Source of the DNA: an uncultured Clostridia bacterium
GTDB taxonomy: Bacteria > Bacillota > Clostridia > TANB77 > CAG-508
Assembly: GCA_947589015.1 (NCBI GenBank)
Contig: CANPZF010000005.1
Location: forward strand, 4,341 to 68,340
Reading direction: 5' to 3'
Length of the DNA: 64,000 nt
The first letter of the stretch is position 1. Each line of letters opens with the position of its first letter. This document shows positions 10,218 to 20,422 of the stretch, piece by piece. The notes beneath the pieces are model-generated. The model had not been told where the DNA came from, did no database searches, and saw only the letters and a list, made by a program, of their open reading frames with translations. Both the position numbers and the translations under genes were made by a program.

Positions 10218-12164
10218 TTATATAAACAATTGATATATCAAATTTGTAAATATACACAATACAATTCCACAAACAGTTGGTATTATAAAACTAATTATTG
10301 CCCACTTCCATCCACCTGCTTCTTTTTTTATTGTAAGCAATGTAGTAGTACATGGAAAATGCAATACAGTAAATATCATCACATTAATTGCAGTTAAAAT
10401 AGTCCAACCATTTTGAATTAAAATCTGTCCAATAGTTAATGTATCTTCTATGTTTACCAATGCTCCACCTTTTAAATAACACATTAATATAATTGGTAAT
10501 ACAATTTCATTTGCCGGTATACCTAATATAAACGCTGTCAATATATATCCATCTAATCCCATTAATTTTGCAAATGGCTCTAAAAAATTTGCAACTATTG
10601 TAAGTAAACTATCCCCATTAATTCCAATATTAGCAAACAACCATATTACTAAACCTGCCGGTGCAGCTACTGCTACAGCCCTTCCCAATACAAATAGAGT
10701 TCTATCTAATATTGATCTTACAAATATTTTTCCAAATTGTGGTTTTCTATATGGAGGTAATTCTAAAATAAATGATGATGGCATCCCTTTAAGTATTGTT
10801 TTTGAAAGGATTTTTGATACCAATAGTGTTAAAAATATCCCTAATAATATTATTCCTATAACTACCAAAGTTGCTACAAATGAAGCCCCAATTCCTTGCA
10901 TCATTCCTGCCATAAATATAGTTGCAATTGTTATTAAAAATGGGAATCTTCCATTACACGGAACAAAATTATTTGTTAATATTGCTATTAGTCTTTCTCT
11001 TGGTGAATTAATTATTCTGCATCCTACTACCCCTGCTGCATTACAGCCAAATCCCATACACATAGTTATCATTTGTTTTCCTGTACAACAACACTTTTTA
11101 AATACTCCATCCATGTTAAAAGCAATTCTAGGCAAATACCCCAAATCTTCTAAAAAAGTAAATAAAGGGAAAAATATAGCCATAGGTGGTAACATAACCG
11201 ACACAACCCAAGTTAAAGTTTGATATACCCCATCTATTAGCAAATTAGATAGCCAGTGTGGTAAATTAATCCAATTAGCAAATACTAATAATTTATCTTG
11301 AATCCAATTAAACATTGTAAACAATAATTGTGAAGGATAATTTGCTCCTATTATCGTAAGCCAAAAAATTATTCCTAAAAATAATAGCATTATAGGTATT
11401 CCCCACTTTTTTGAGGTTACTATTTTATCTATTTTTCTATCTCTGTTACTGTAATTTTCATCTTCAAATGTACAAACTTCTTTACAAATTTTTTCAGCTT
11501 TTTTTATAGTTTTTTCCAATAATCCCTCTTGTTGTAAAATTTCTATTGGATTTTCTGTATTAGTTCTAACATTTTCTATTCTATTAGGCATAGGATTAAT
11601 TTCATTATCACAAACTTTTTTTAATACTTTTAATAAGTGATTTAACGTTTTTCTTTTTCTTGCAATAGTTCCTACTACTGGAACTCCTAATTTTTCTTGT
11701 AAAGCATCTAAATCTACATTTATTTTTTTCTTTTTTGCTTCATCCAATAAATTTACGCACACTATTACCTTTGTTGCAATCTGCATTATTTGAAACACCA
11801 AATTCAAATTTCTTTCCAAGCATGTAGCATCCACAACTACAATCACACAATCTGGATTTCCATTACATATATAATTTCTCGCAATCTCCTCTTCCTCTGA
11901 ATTTGATAAAATAGAATATGTACCTGGTATATCAACAAATAAAAATCCTGTGTCATTATATACACACTTTCCAGTTGCATTGGCTATTGTTTTCCCCGGC
12001 CAATTTCCTGTATGTTGATGCATTCCTGTCAAACTATTAAAAATAGTTGATTTACCTACATTCGGATTTCCAGCTAATGCAATTGTATATCCATTTTCTA
12101 TTTTTAAACTTTCAAAATCTTCTGTTAATAAATTTGTTCCTGTTGATGATTTGGTAAGACCCAT
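10218..12164 (-). CDS. feoB: Ferrous iron transporter FeoB.
   Basis: The GTPase G1 motif is AGNPNVGKST, followed by a polytopic C-terminal permease. Length is 648 aa. RBS AGGAGGAA. Confidence 0.9.
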   Translation of the reverse strand: MGLTKSSTGTNLLTEDFESLKIENGYTIALAGNPNVGKSTIFNSLTGMHQHTGNWPGKTIANATGKCVYNDTGFLFVDIPGTYSILSNSEEEEIARNYICNGNPDCVIVVVDATCLERNLNLVFQIMQIATKVIVCVNLLDEAKKKKINVDLDALQEKLGVPVVGTIARKRKTLNHLLKVLKKVCDNEINPMPNRIENVRTNTENPIEILQQEGLLEKTIKKAEKICKEVCTFEDENYSNRDRKIDKIVTSKKWGIPIMLLFLGIIFWLTIIGANYPSQLLFTMFNWIQDKLLVFANWINLPHWLSNLLIDGVYQTLTWVVSVMLPPMAIFFPLFTFLEDLGYLPRIAFNMDGVFKKCCCTGKQMITMCMGFGCNAAGVVGCRIINSPRERLIAILTNNFVPCNGRFPFLITIATIFMAGMMQGIGASFVATLVVIGIILLGIFLTLLVSKILSKTILKGMPSSFILELPPYRKPQFGKIFVRSILDRTLFVLGRAVAVAAPAGLVIWLFANIGINGDSLLTIVANFLEPFAKLMGLDGYILTAFILGIPANEIVLPIILMCYLKGGALVNIEDTLTIGQILIQNGWTILTAINVMIFTVLHFPCTTTLLTIKKEAGGWKWAIISFIIPTVCGIVLCIFTNLIYQLFI

Positions 12165-12226
12165 AATATTCCTCCTAAATTAGATATTATATAATATGTA
12201 ATCTAATTAAAAAGGTTCTAAATTGA

Positions 12227-12385
12227 CTAGAGTATTATATATAAAAATTACGTTCTTTACTGGCAAAACAAATCACATAATGAATTATATAAAAACTTCT
12301 AAAATAGAAAGTTAATCTAATTCTTTGTATAATTTGGGGTTTTGCCAAACTGCGCATCACTTCATTTTTATATATAATACTCTAG
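12227..12385. repeat. Palindromic insert in the feoA-feoB spacer: 17-bp perfect inverted repeats (CTAGAGTATTATATATA) 125 bp apart, with a nested second inverted repeat (TGGCAAAAC / GTTTTGCCA).
   Basis: 12227-12243 is the exact reverse complement of 12369-12385. The inner inverted repeat lies at 12260-12268 and 12339-12347. Confidence 0.6.
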
Positions 12386-12394
12386 CTATTTTAA

Positions 12395-12616
12395 CTAATT
12401 TAATTCTATTAATTCTGCATCTTCTTTTCTAATCACAATCAATGTACCTCTTATTTCAAAAGCTCGTGGTTCTTTAGTTGGATTTTCCAGTCTAGGAATT
12501 ATACATGTTCCTTTTACTAATCCCAAATCCATGAGTCTTCTTTTTATTGACTCATTACAGGATATTTTTCTTATATAACCTTTTTCATCTATTGGCAATT
12601 TGTCTAAAGTTTTCAT
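12395..12616 (-). CDS. feoA: Ferrous iron transport protein FeoA.
   Basis: 73-aa SH3-like FeoA (LMDLGLVKGTCI). It lies upstream of feoB on the same strand. RBS GGAGGA. Confidence 0.85.
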   Translation of the reverse strand: MKTLDKLPIDEKGYIRKISCNESIKRRLMDLGLVKGTCIIPRLENPTKEPRAFEIRGTLIVIRKEDAELIELN

Positions 12617-12749
12617 ATTCTTTATCTTCCTCCATTTATTGTTATACTATATTATATTTTGTCGAAAATTATATGTTTCCATATTAGTAATAAAACATTT
12701 ATTTTTTAATATATATTATATAATAATAATTTTTTATGGAGGTAAAAAT

Positions 12750-13760
12750 ATGCCAAAAAAATACAAAGTCGCCATTGTTGGTGCTACTGGGCTAGTTGGC
12801 AGAACTGTCCTTAAAGTCCTTGAAGAAAAAGATTATTTTCCTGCAAGTTATACATTGTTTTCTTCTTCAAAATCTGCTAATTCTAAAATAGAGTTTCAAG
12901 GAACCACATATATTATCCAGGAATTAAAAGAAACTTCATTTACTAATGGATTTGATTATGCTATTTTCTGCGCTGGTGGTGAAGTATCTAAAAAATTTAT
13001 TCCTATTGCTGTAAAATATGGTTGTATTGTCGTAGACAATAGTAGTGTTTATCGTATGGATCCAACTGTACCTTTAGTAGTTCCTGAAGTTAATCCAGAA
13101 GCAATTTTTAAACATAATGGTATAATTGCTAACCCTAATTGTTCAACAATTCAAGCAGTAGTACCACTAAAGCCTTTAGATGATAAATATCATATAAAAA
13201 GAATTGTATATTCCACATATCAAGCCGTTTCTGGTGCTGGAAGAGCTGGAATACAAGATTTAGAAAATGGAGCTAATGGTTTCGAACCTCAGAAATTTCC
13301 TTATCCAATTTTTAATAATTGTATTCCTCATATAGATGTTTTTTTAGACGATGGATATACTAAAGAAGAACACAAAATGATAAATGAAACTAGAAAAATT
13401 TTAGATAAACCTGATCTTCCTATCACTGCCACTGCAGTTAGAGTTCCAGTTTTAAATTGTCATAGTGAATCTATTAATATAGAATTTGAAGATAATATTG
13501 ACTTATATGATATAAAAATACTATTACAAAATTCTCCAGGAATTTTGGTTATTGATGATATTGAAAAAAATTATTATCCTCTAGCTACAAAGGCTAACGG
13601 TAATAACGATGTTTTTGTAGGTCGAATACGACGCGATTTCAGTGTAAAAAATGGTATTAACTTATGGGTTGTTGCTGATAATTTAAGAAAAGGAGCTGCC
13701 ACCAATGCAGTTCAGATATTAGAAAAATTAATTGAATTTAAAGGTTATTGTTCAGATTAA
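12750..13760 (+). CDS. asd: Aspartate-semialdehyde dehydrogenase.
   Basis: MPKKYKVAIVGATGLVGR is the Rossmann N-terminus, and ANPNCSTI holds the active-site Cys. The RBS GGAGGT is 8 nt upstream. The long N-terminal extension in the ORF track (start 12600) is rejected. Confidence 0.9.
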   Translation: MPKKYKVAIVGATGLVGRTVLKVLEEKDYFPASYTLFSSSKSANSKIEFQGTTYIIQELKETSFTNGFDYAIFCAGGEVSKKFIPIAVKYGCIVVDNSSVYRMDPTVPLVVPEVNPEAIFKHNGIIANPNCSTIQAVVPLKPLDDKYHIKRIVYSTYQAVSGAGRAGIQDLENGANGFEPQKFPYPIFNNCIPHIDVFLDDGYTKEEHKMINETRKILDKPDLPITATAVRVPVLNCHSESINIEFEDNIDLYDIKILLQNSPGILVIDDIEKNYYPLATKANGNNDVFVGRIRRDFSVKNGINLWVVADNLRKGAATNAVQILEKLIEFKGYCSD

Positions 13761-13848
13761 ATTTATAAAAAAATCACTTAAACTATACTCTTATTTTTAG
13801 GTATAGTTTATTTTATCTCACTCATAATTTCGATGCACAACAAAAAAA

Positions 13849-13890
13849 GTTGCCAAATAAGAACGTCCCTAATGGCAACTTCTATTTTTT
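13849..13890. terminator. Bidirectional terminator between the convergent asd and small membrane protein genes.
   Basis: caaaaaaAGTTGCCAaataagaacgtccctaaTGGCAACTtctatttttt. Confidence 0.55.
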
Positions 13891-14227
13891 AAACTTTTTT
13901 CCAAAACCAATCTAAGCTATTATCTATACTCTTTTTGCCTAGTTTTTTTGCTTCTATATCATCTACCCATAAATAAGAGAAGAATGTAATCAATATAAAT
14001 ACAAAATCTATTGCTAAGCATCTTGATAGTGCAGATATTAAATATCTATATTCTTCTGGTAAAGTCATCATCTGTGCTACATGTACAACTAACAAAATTA
14101 AATAAGCAAATAATGGTAAAGCTGTTATATAACTCTTTTTTATTTCTTGTGCTAAAAATATTAATAACACTGTTGCTGCTAACATTAATAGTAGTGTTAA
14201 TGGATTTGATATATCAAAAATAAACAT
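13889..14227 (-). CDS. Small hypothetical membrane protein (3 predicted TM segments).
   Basis: Hydrophobic 112-aa ORF with RBS GTGAGGAA. No recognisable family. Confidence 0.45.
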   Translation of the reverse strand: MFIFDISNPLTLLLMLAATVLLIFLAQEIKKSYITALPLFAYLILLVVHVAQMMTLPEEYRYLISALSRCLAIDFVFILITFFSYLWVDDIEAKKLGKKSIDNSLDWFWKKV

Positions 14228-14335
14228 TTTAATTTCCTCACTTTTTCTTCCGTTTTACTTATTTATATATTAACATTATTTAAATTATTTATCAACATTA
14301 TTTATATTACATTTATATTACATTTTAATTACATC

Positions 14336-15703
14336 TTAATTAGACTTAGTTTCAATTAATTTTGCAATTTCTTTCGCTTTTTGAGTAATATATTCTTGAT
14401 TTTCTCCCTCAATCATTACTCTTACTAATGGTTCAGTTCCAGATGGTCTTATTAATACTCTTCCATTTCCTGCAAATTCTCTTTCTAATTTTTCTATTTG
14501 TTTTTTTATTTCTTCGTCTTTTTGATAGTCATATTTCTTTTCATTACTTACTTTGCTATTTATTAATATTTGAGGATATAATTTTATTATATTTGCTAGC
14601 TCAGAAGCTTTTTTGTTCTCTTCTAGTATAGCTTGTATTAACATTAATGAGGTTAATATTCCATCTCCTGTTGGATTATAATCTAACATAATTATATGTC
14701 CAGATTTTTCTCCTCCTAAATTAAATCCATCTTTTAGCATTTCTTCTAAAACATATCTGTCTCCAACTTTTGTTTGTAAAAGCTCTAGTCCATTATCTCT
14801 TGCATATTTATTTAATCCCAAATTACTCATAACTGTTGCAACTATTGTATCTTTATTTAATTTGCTTTTCTTTCTTAAATTATTTGATATAATTGCTAAT
14901 AGTTTATCACCATCTATCTCGTTTCCCTTTTCATCTACTGCTAGGCATCTATCCCCATCTCCGTCATATGCTACACCTAAGCTTAACTTGTTTTCTACTA
15001 CAAATTTTTTTAATCCTTCTAAATGTGTAGAACCACAATTATCATTTATATTAATTCCATTTGGATGGTTGTTTATTATTTTGTATGGAATTCCTAAAGT
15101 TTTAAATATTTTTTCTGCTACATAAGAAGTTGCACCATTTGCAGTATCTATTCCAACAATAAAATTTTTTCTTAAGTTTTTTTCAATTACATCATCGAAA
15201 TTTTTCCTGAAAAAGTATACATATTCTTCTATTAATTCTTGACAATATTCTGAAACCCCTATTTTGTCACTTTGAGCAGTTAATTCCATTTTTATCTTAT
15301 CAGATTCCATTACTTCTTCTATTTCTTCTTCTAATTCATCTGGTATTTTCATACCTTTATTACTAAAATATTTTATTCCATTGAACTCATATGTATTATG
15401 TGAAGCTGAAATAACAACACTTGCATCTGCTTTTAACTTTCTTGTTAAATATGCAACTGCTGGTGTTGGAATTACTCCTAATAATTTAACATTTGCTCCA
15501 TAACTTAAAAAACCTGCCACCATAGCACTTTCTATCAACGTTCCTGAAATACGTGTATCTCTACCTATTAATATTGTTGGAGCGTGTTCTGAATGTTTTG
15601 ATAAAACATATGCTCCTGCTTTTGCTACTTTATATACTAATTCTGGAGATAGTTCTGTATTAGCAATCCTTCTAATCCCATCTGTACCAAAATATTTTCT
15701 CAT
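14336..15703 (-). CDS. glmM: Phosphoglucosamine mutase.
   Basis: MRKYFGTDGIRRIAN N-terminus; SASHNTYEFNGIKYF carries the active-site phosphoserine. Confidence 0.9.
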   Translation of the reverse strand: MRKYFGTDGIRRIANTELSPELVYKVAKAGAYVLSKHSEHAPTILIGRDTRISGTLIESAMVAGFLSYGANVKLLGVIPTPAVAYLTRKLKADASVVISASHNTYEFNGIKYFSNKGMKIPDELEEEIEEVMESDKIKMELTAQSDKIGVSEYCQELIEEYVYFFRKNFDDVIEKNLRKNFIVGIDTANGATSYVAEKIFKTLGIPYKIINNHPNGININDNCGSTHLEGLKKFVVENKLSLGVAYDGDGDRCLAVDEKGNEIDGDKLLAIISNNLRKKSKLNKDTIVATVMSNLGLNKYARDNGLELLQTKVGDRYVLEEMLKDGFNLGGEKSGHIIMLDYNPTGDGILTSLMLIQAILEENKKASELANIIKLYPQILINSKVSNEKKYDYQKDEEIKKQIEKLEREFAGNGRVLIRPSGTEPLVRVMIEGENQEYITQKAKEIAKLIETKSN

Positions 15704-15775
15704 TCTTATCTTCCTTTCTTTTTTGATAAAATTTTATTTTTAAAAGATGAATTCATTAAGTTTGTTTATTTTTTA

Positions 15776-16558
15776 TTATTTTTTTAACATTAATTTAATT
15801 TTTTCTTTTAAAGTAAATTCTATCTTACGTGGTTCTTCTATTTCTATCCTTTTGTTCTTCAATGCTAATTGGGGATTTGTTGTAGTCAGTTCTATTAATT
15901 TATCTTCTCCTATTAGTTCATCTATTTGAGGTAAAATTTGTGGTATCTTAGGATAAATTGTTTTTTGTCTATGCACATCACTTCCCAAAAAATGAACCAT
16001 ATTATTTTGTAAAAACTTCTTTACTAATAGCTGCGCCCTTTCTCCATACTGACCTATGATACTTCCATAATTACATTGCATTAATACGCCTGCTTTTATT
16101 AAATCATATACTAAATCCACATCTTTTTGAACAAAGCTATATCTTTCTGGATGTGCTAATACTGGAACTAGTTTATATTGCAACATTTCATATACAACTT
16201 GATATAAATTCATTGGTTCTATTTTTAATGGTAATTCAAATAACACATAATTTGTATCATTAATTGTAGATGCTCTTCCCTGTTCTAAAAGTTTTATTAA
16301 ATTTTCTGATATGTATACTTCATTTCCTAAATATAATTTTATATCTATATTTTTAGCTTGTAAATTTTCATAAATAGCATTTATCCATACTTCTCTTTCT
16401 GGCTGATCTGTTTCATAATATCCTTCAATATAATGTGAGGTTGATATTATAGCATCAAACCCCACATTTTTTGCCTCTCTTATTAAATTAAATGTTTCTT
16501 CTATACTCCTAGCTCCATCATCTATGTTAGGTAATATATGTGAGTGAAAGTCTATCAT
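15776..16558 (-). CDS. cpsB: Manganese-dependent protein-tyrosine phosphatase of the capsule loci (PHP family, CpsB/YwqE/Wzh).
   Basis: MIDFHSHILPNIDDGARS signature. Length is 260 aa. Confidence 0.85.
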   Translation of the reverse strand: MIDFHSHILPNIDDGARSIEETFNLIREAKNVGFDAIISTSHYIEGYYETDQPEREVWINAIYENLQAKNIDIKLYLGNEVYISENLIKLLEQGRASTINDTNYVLFELPLKIEPMNLYQVVYEMLQYKLVPVLAHPERYSFVQKDVDLVYDLIKAGVLMQCNYGSIIGQYGERAQLLVKKFLQNNMVHFLGSDVHRQKTIYPKIPQILPQIDELIGEDKLIELTTTNPQLALKNKRIEIEEPRKIEFTLKEKIKLMLKK

Positions 16559-16614
16559 TTCTGCTTTTCTCCTTTATAACAACATGTTTACCTTTACATT
16601 TTTGCTTTGCCAAT

Positions 16615-17679
16615 TTAAGTTTTTAAATTTTTTTTCTCTTGTTCTAAATATTCATTTACTTGCTTTAAAATGTCATTTGTCTTTTCTATTGATACTGTTC
16701 CTGTTTTATTTTCTACATTAATTTTTTTATTGCTTAAATTTTGAGCTGGTTGAAATGTTTTATTTTGTAAATTATTACTTTTTATTGTATTATTAGGTCT
16801 ATTAGGTGGTATCTGTTGTCTTACAGGTCCAGGTCCTGTTTTTCTTATATTATTATTCATTTTCATTTGATTATATTGCTGAGGTATATTTCTCTTAGGA
16901 TTATTTGGCATTCTGTCATTTCTTCCTACACTTACACTGTTTGCCATTTCATTAAAGTTTTTTCTTCTTGAACCTTTTAAAGATTCTGAACCATAATAAT
17001 ATGATTTTTCATATTCTTTGGCTGATATTGGAATTTTATTTAATACTACGCCTGATACTTTTCCCCCAACATGTTTAATACTATTTATAACTTGCCTTAA
17101 ATCATCTTTTTTAGTTTGTTTGCATGCAGTTACAATTATTGTAGAATCTACAATTCTTGTGAGAATCAATGAGTCTGCTACTAATAAGCTTGGTAGTCCA
17201 TCTATAATTACAATATCACTAATTTGTTTTAATTGTTTCAATAAGTTTACCATTTGTTCTGAAATTAGTAATTCTGATGGATTTGGTGGTATATTTCCTG
17301 CTGGAATTAAATATAAATTTGGTACTTTGGTTTCTTGTATATAATCTGCTAAATCTTTTGAGAATGATTTTCCTGAATTGTCACTTATTCCTGATAAATA
17401 ATTTGATAATCCAGGCATTGGTGTTGCTTCAAATATTTTGTATTGTCTTCCTTTTCTCATGTCAGCATCTACTAATATTACTTTTTTACCTGCTTGTGCG
17501 AATGTTATAGCTAAATTTGATGATACCCAACTTTTTCCTTCTCCTGGAAGTGTTGATGTTATAAGTATTGTTTTTAACTTTGATCTTGTATTCATAAATT
17601 GTATATTTGTTCTTAATGTTCTAAAAATTTCTGAAATTGGAGATTTAGGATCTTTAAATACTATTAGTTCTTTACTCAC
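16615..17679 (-). CDS. cpsD: Capsule tyrosine autokinase (CpsD/YwqD/Wze-type) with an unusual roughly 130-aa N/Q/P-rich C-terminal extension.
   Basis: Walker A is TSTLPGEGKS, with VLVDADMR. The tyrosine cluster EYEKSYYYGSES sits at about residue 225, followed by a low-complexity tail. Confidence 0.85.
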   Translation of the reverse strand: MSKELIVFKDPKSPISEIFRTLRTNIQFMNTRSKLKTILITSTLPGEGKSWVSSNLAITFAQAGKKVILVDADMRKGRQYKIFEATPMPGLSNYLSGISDNSGKSFSKDLADYIQETKVPNLYLIPAGNIPPNPSELLISEQMVNLLKQLKQISDIVIIDGLPSLLVADSLILTRIVDSTIIVTACKQTKKDDLRQVINSIKHVGGKVSGVVLNKIPISAKEYEKSYYYGSESLKGSRRKNFNEMANSVSVGRNDRMPNNPKRNIPQQYNQMKMNNNIRKTGPGPVRQQIPPNRPNNTIKSNNLQNKTFQPAQNLSNKKINVENKTGTVSIEKTNDILKQVNEYLEQEKKNLKT

Positions 17680-18389
17680 TATCTCTTACCTCCTTTTTTC
17701 TTCTTAGCTTCAGTATTACATACTGGTATTGCTGCTAGTACTGTTAAATCGAATTTATCTTCTAATTCTTCTGCTGTTTTTATAGTTGTATCTAGCATAT
17801 TAGCTACTAATACATAACCTATTGCTATTACTAATCCTATACATGCAAAAATTACAACATCTTTTTTATGATTTATATTAGATGGTGTTGTATCTACTTT
17901 TGCTTGGTCTACAACTTGTATATTTTCTATATGATATATTTCTTTTACATTCTCAATAAACACATTAGCTATTTCATTAGCTATTTTAGCAGCATTTTCT
18001 GGATTTTCATTTGTTACGGATATTTCTATTATTTCCGTGTTTGTTCTGGAACTAACTTTTACATTGTTTTTTATAACTTCTTCATTTATATTTTTTATAT
18101 CTAAATTGCTTACTACCCTTTTTAAAACTCTATCACTTCTAACTAATTCACTATATGTAGATACTAATTGTGAGTTTACTGTGATGTCACTTGCTGTAAT
18201 GGTATTAGCTTTATCTGATGTTCCTCCTGAGGATGCTAATACTAATGTTGTATATGAACTATATACTGGACTTGTGAATCCTGTTGTATATATTACACCT
18301 ATTATCATAAATATTAATACTATTAATATAACTTGTAATTTTTTACTCCAAAATATATTAAATAGTTCCATTAAATCTAATTCTTCCAT
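17679..18389 (-). CDS. cpsC: Polysaccharide chain-length determinant / tyrosine kinase modulator (CpsC/YwqC/Wzz).
   Basis: Two TM segments flank an extracellular domain. It overlaps the cpsD start codon. Confidence 0.8.
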   Translation of the reverse strand: MEELDLMELFNIFWSKKLQVILIVLIFMIIGVIYTTGFTSPVYSSYTTLVLASSGGTSDKANTITASDITVNSQLVSTYSELVRSDRVLKRVVSNLDIKNINEEVIKNNVKVSSRTNTEIIEISVTNENPENAAKIANEIANVFIENVKEIYHIENIQVVDQAKVDTTPSNINHKKDVVIFACIGLVIAIGYVLVANMLDTTIKTAEELEDKFDLTVLAAIPVCNTEAKKKKGGKR

Positions 18390-18721
18390 ATTTTCTCCTT
18401 TTTTTATTATACTATTTATGATTTAAATATTACAATAAATAAAGCAACTATTAAATTCTTTATAATAGTAGCTTTTATTTTTAACTATTTGTATTATAAC
18501 ATTTTTATTTTTAATATGCAATAGTTTTTATTTTTTTAACAGGAAACCTTAATTTTATTTTTAAAAGCCACTTTTTATCTATGTTGATTTTAGTTTTGTA
18601 CAAAAAAGTGTTAAAATATTAGTAAGATACTGTGTTTGGAAGGTTCGAAATGTATCTTATGAATGAAAATAAACAGAAGCACCCATATTATTACATCATT
18701 AATTTTTCCATATAAAAAATT

Positions 18722-18777
18722 AACTTCCAAATTTTACGACACTGTATCACAAAATCATTAAATTTGGAAGCATTTCT
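18722..18777. terminator. Candidate terminator after the polytopic membrane-protein gene (minus orientation).
   Basis: CTTCCAAATTT ... AAATTTGGAAG: an 11-bp stem with a long loop. On the minus strand it is followed by UUAAUUUUUUAUAU. Confidence 0.35.
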
Positions 18778-18851
18778 TCATATAATTTGCGTAAAAACCA
18801 AATTGTATTTAACTTTTTACTTGACGTAAATAAAATACATTCTTTCTTTTA

Positions 18852-20330
18852 TTATTCCTCTAGTTTAACCGACTCTTTATTAAAAAATTTTGTTGTGCCT
18901 TTGTTTACCCAAAAAGTTTCATCTTTTGTTATATCAGCTCCACAAAGTAAAGATGGTTTTTTAGTCAAAGGCTTTAGTACAGCATTTTTTACATCTTTGT
19001 TTTCATATATTTTGTATCTATCTACAATTTCGCTGTAATATTGTTTGGCATCTCCTGAGGTTAAATGGTTATATGCAACATAACTTAAAGTGCTTTTAAG
19101 TTCATTGTTAACTTTTACACTTGCAATCATTAAAATTCCTACAGTCAATATGTAAGCAAAAAAATTATTATTGATATTTTCTAAAATTTTTGAATCTCCA
19201 TATTTACTTTTTATCCATCCAATATAATAAAACATATTACTAATAACAAATAAAAAGTATGAATAATAGAATATATCTACTGTTCTTCCGCCACCTATAT
19301 TGTTCATTGCATAAAATGGTGGAACTATTTGTGAAGCGAAAATTCCAAAAGTTATAACTGTAAATAAAATAGGATATTTGAAAGTATATTTAGCATTTAC
19401 TATAAGTTTGTATATTGGCGGTATTAAAATTATAAACATTAATAAAGTAGGTAAATTAGTCCACCTTATAAAATATACCATAGAAGTCTTAATTGCAGTT
19501 AATATAGATTCTATTGCACCAATTCTTTGAGCGTAATTCGATTGCCTAATAGCATTTCCAGGAGCTAATATACTGATTATAAGTGCAATAAGACATACTA
19601 CAGTTATAACTAACATATTCCATTTCTTATTGTTCTTTTTTACAAGACAATAAATGGTAAGCAACGTCAAAATAATAATAAAAGATAAAGCTGTGCAGTA
19701 ATTTCCAGCACCTATTATTAAAGCCAAAATTACTATTATTATATTGTTTATAATTGTTGCTTTTCTTGATTCACTCTTTATAAGTTGTATTATTATCCCT
19801 AAAGCAATCAAAGCAAGTGAATAGAAGAATGTATAATATATTGCACCATTCCACCAAAATAAAGTTTCTCTGGGATTAGGAACAAATTCAATCGCAAACA
19901 TCGTTGGTAGTAAAGATAAAATTATAACTGTACTTTTTTTTGTATATCCAAATATTTTTTGTGATATGGTTTTTACTAGATATATATTTGAGCTAATAAG
20001 AAATGTTAATAGAATAGTTGTTGTTATCCAGTAGCAATTTAGTCCAAAAATACTTGGTTGTAATGCAAATAAAAATATTGCAGCAAATGTTCCTTGCCAA
20101 GTAAAATAGTATGTAACTATGGTTTCTACAACAGCATTCAATAAAGAAAAGATGTTATGTGTGTTGTTCCATGTTTGATATGTTAAATAACCATAGCTAT
20201 AGTCATCTGCGGAAGGTACATTATATTTAGAAACTATTAATATCGGTATCAATAACGCCAAAGAAACTATAACTATTAAAATTATAGTTATAACTTCTTG
20301 ATTCTTCATTAATTTACTAAAAATAGTCAT
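18852..20330 (-). CDS. Polytopic membrane protein of unknown function (roughly 12 TM), the last gene of the main capsule transcription unit.
   Basis: 492 aa, highly hydrophobic with a C-terminal soluble tail. No motif recognised by eye. Confidence 0.5.
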   Translation of the reverse strand: MTIFSKLMKNQEVITIILIVIVSLALLIPILIVSKYNVPSADDYSYGYLTYQTWNNTHNIFSLLNAVVETIVTYYFTWQGTFAAIFLFALQPSIFGLNCYWITTTILLTFLISSNIYLVKTISQKIFGYTKKSTVIILSLLPTMFAIEFVPNPRETLFWWNGAIYYTFFYSLALIALGIIIQLIKSESRKATIINNIIIVILALIIGAGNYCTALSFIIILTLLTIYCLVKKNNKKWNMLVITVVCLIALIISILAPGNAIRQSNYAQRIGAIESILTAIKTSMVYFIRWTNLPTLLMFIILIPPIYKLIVNAKYTFKYPILFTVITFGIFASQIVPPFYAMNNIGGGRTVDIFYYSYFLFVISNMFYYIGWIKSKYGDSKILENINNNFFAYILTVGILMIASVKVNNELKSTLSYVAYNHLTSGDAKQYYSEIVDRYKIYENKDVKNAVLKPLTKKPSLLCGADITKDETFWVNKGTTKFFNKESVKLEE

Positions 20331-20422
20331 TCGAAATTTCTCCTTATTATATATACAAAAAACTTCAAAAAGTGCAATAAATTAGCACTTATCTAAGTTA
20401 CTATTAATATCTAGTATTCTTA

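Noticed and set aside
12600-12749. 50-codon N-terminal extension of asd in the ORF track.
   Set aside because: It is a hydrophobic, poor-composition extension. A strong RBS precedes the internal Met that matches the canonical Asd N-terminus.
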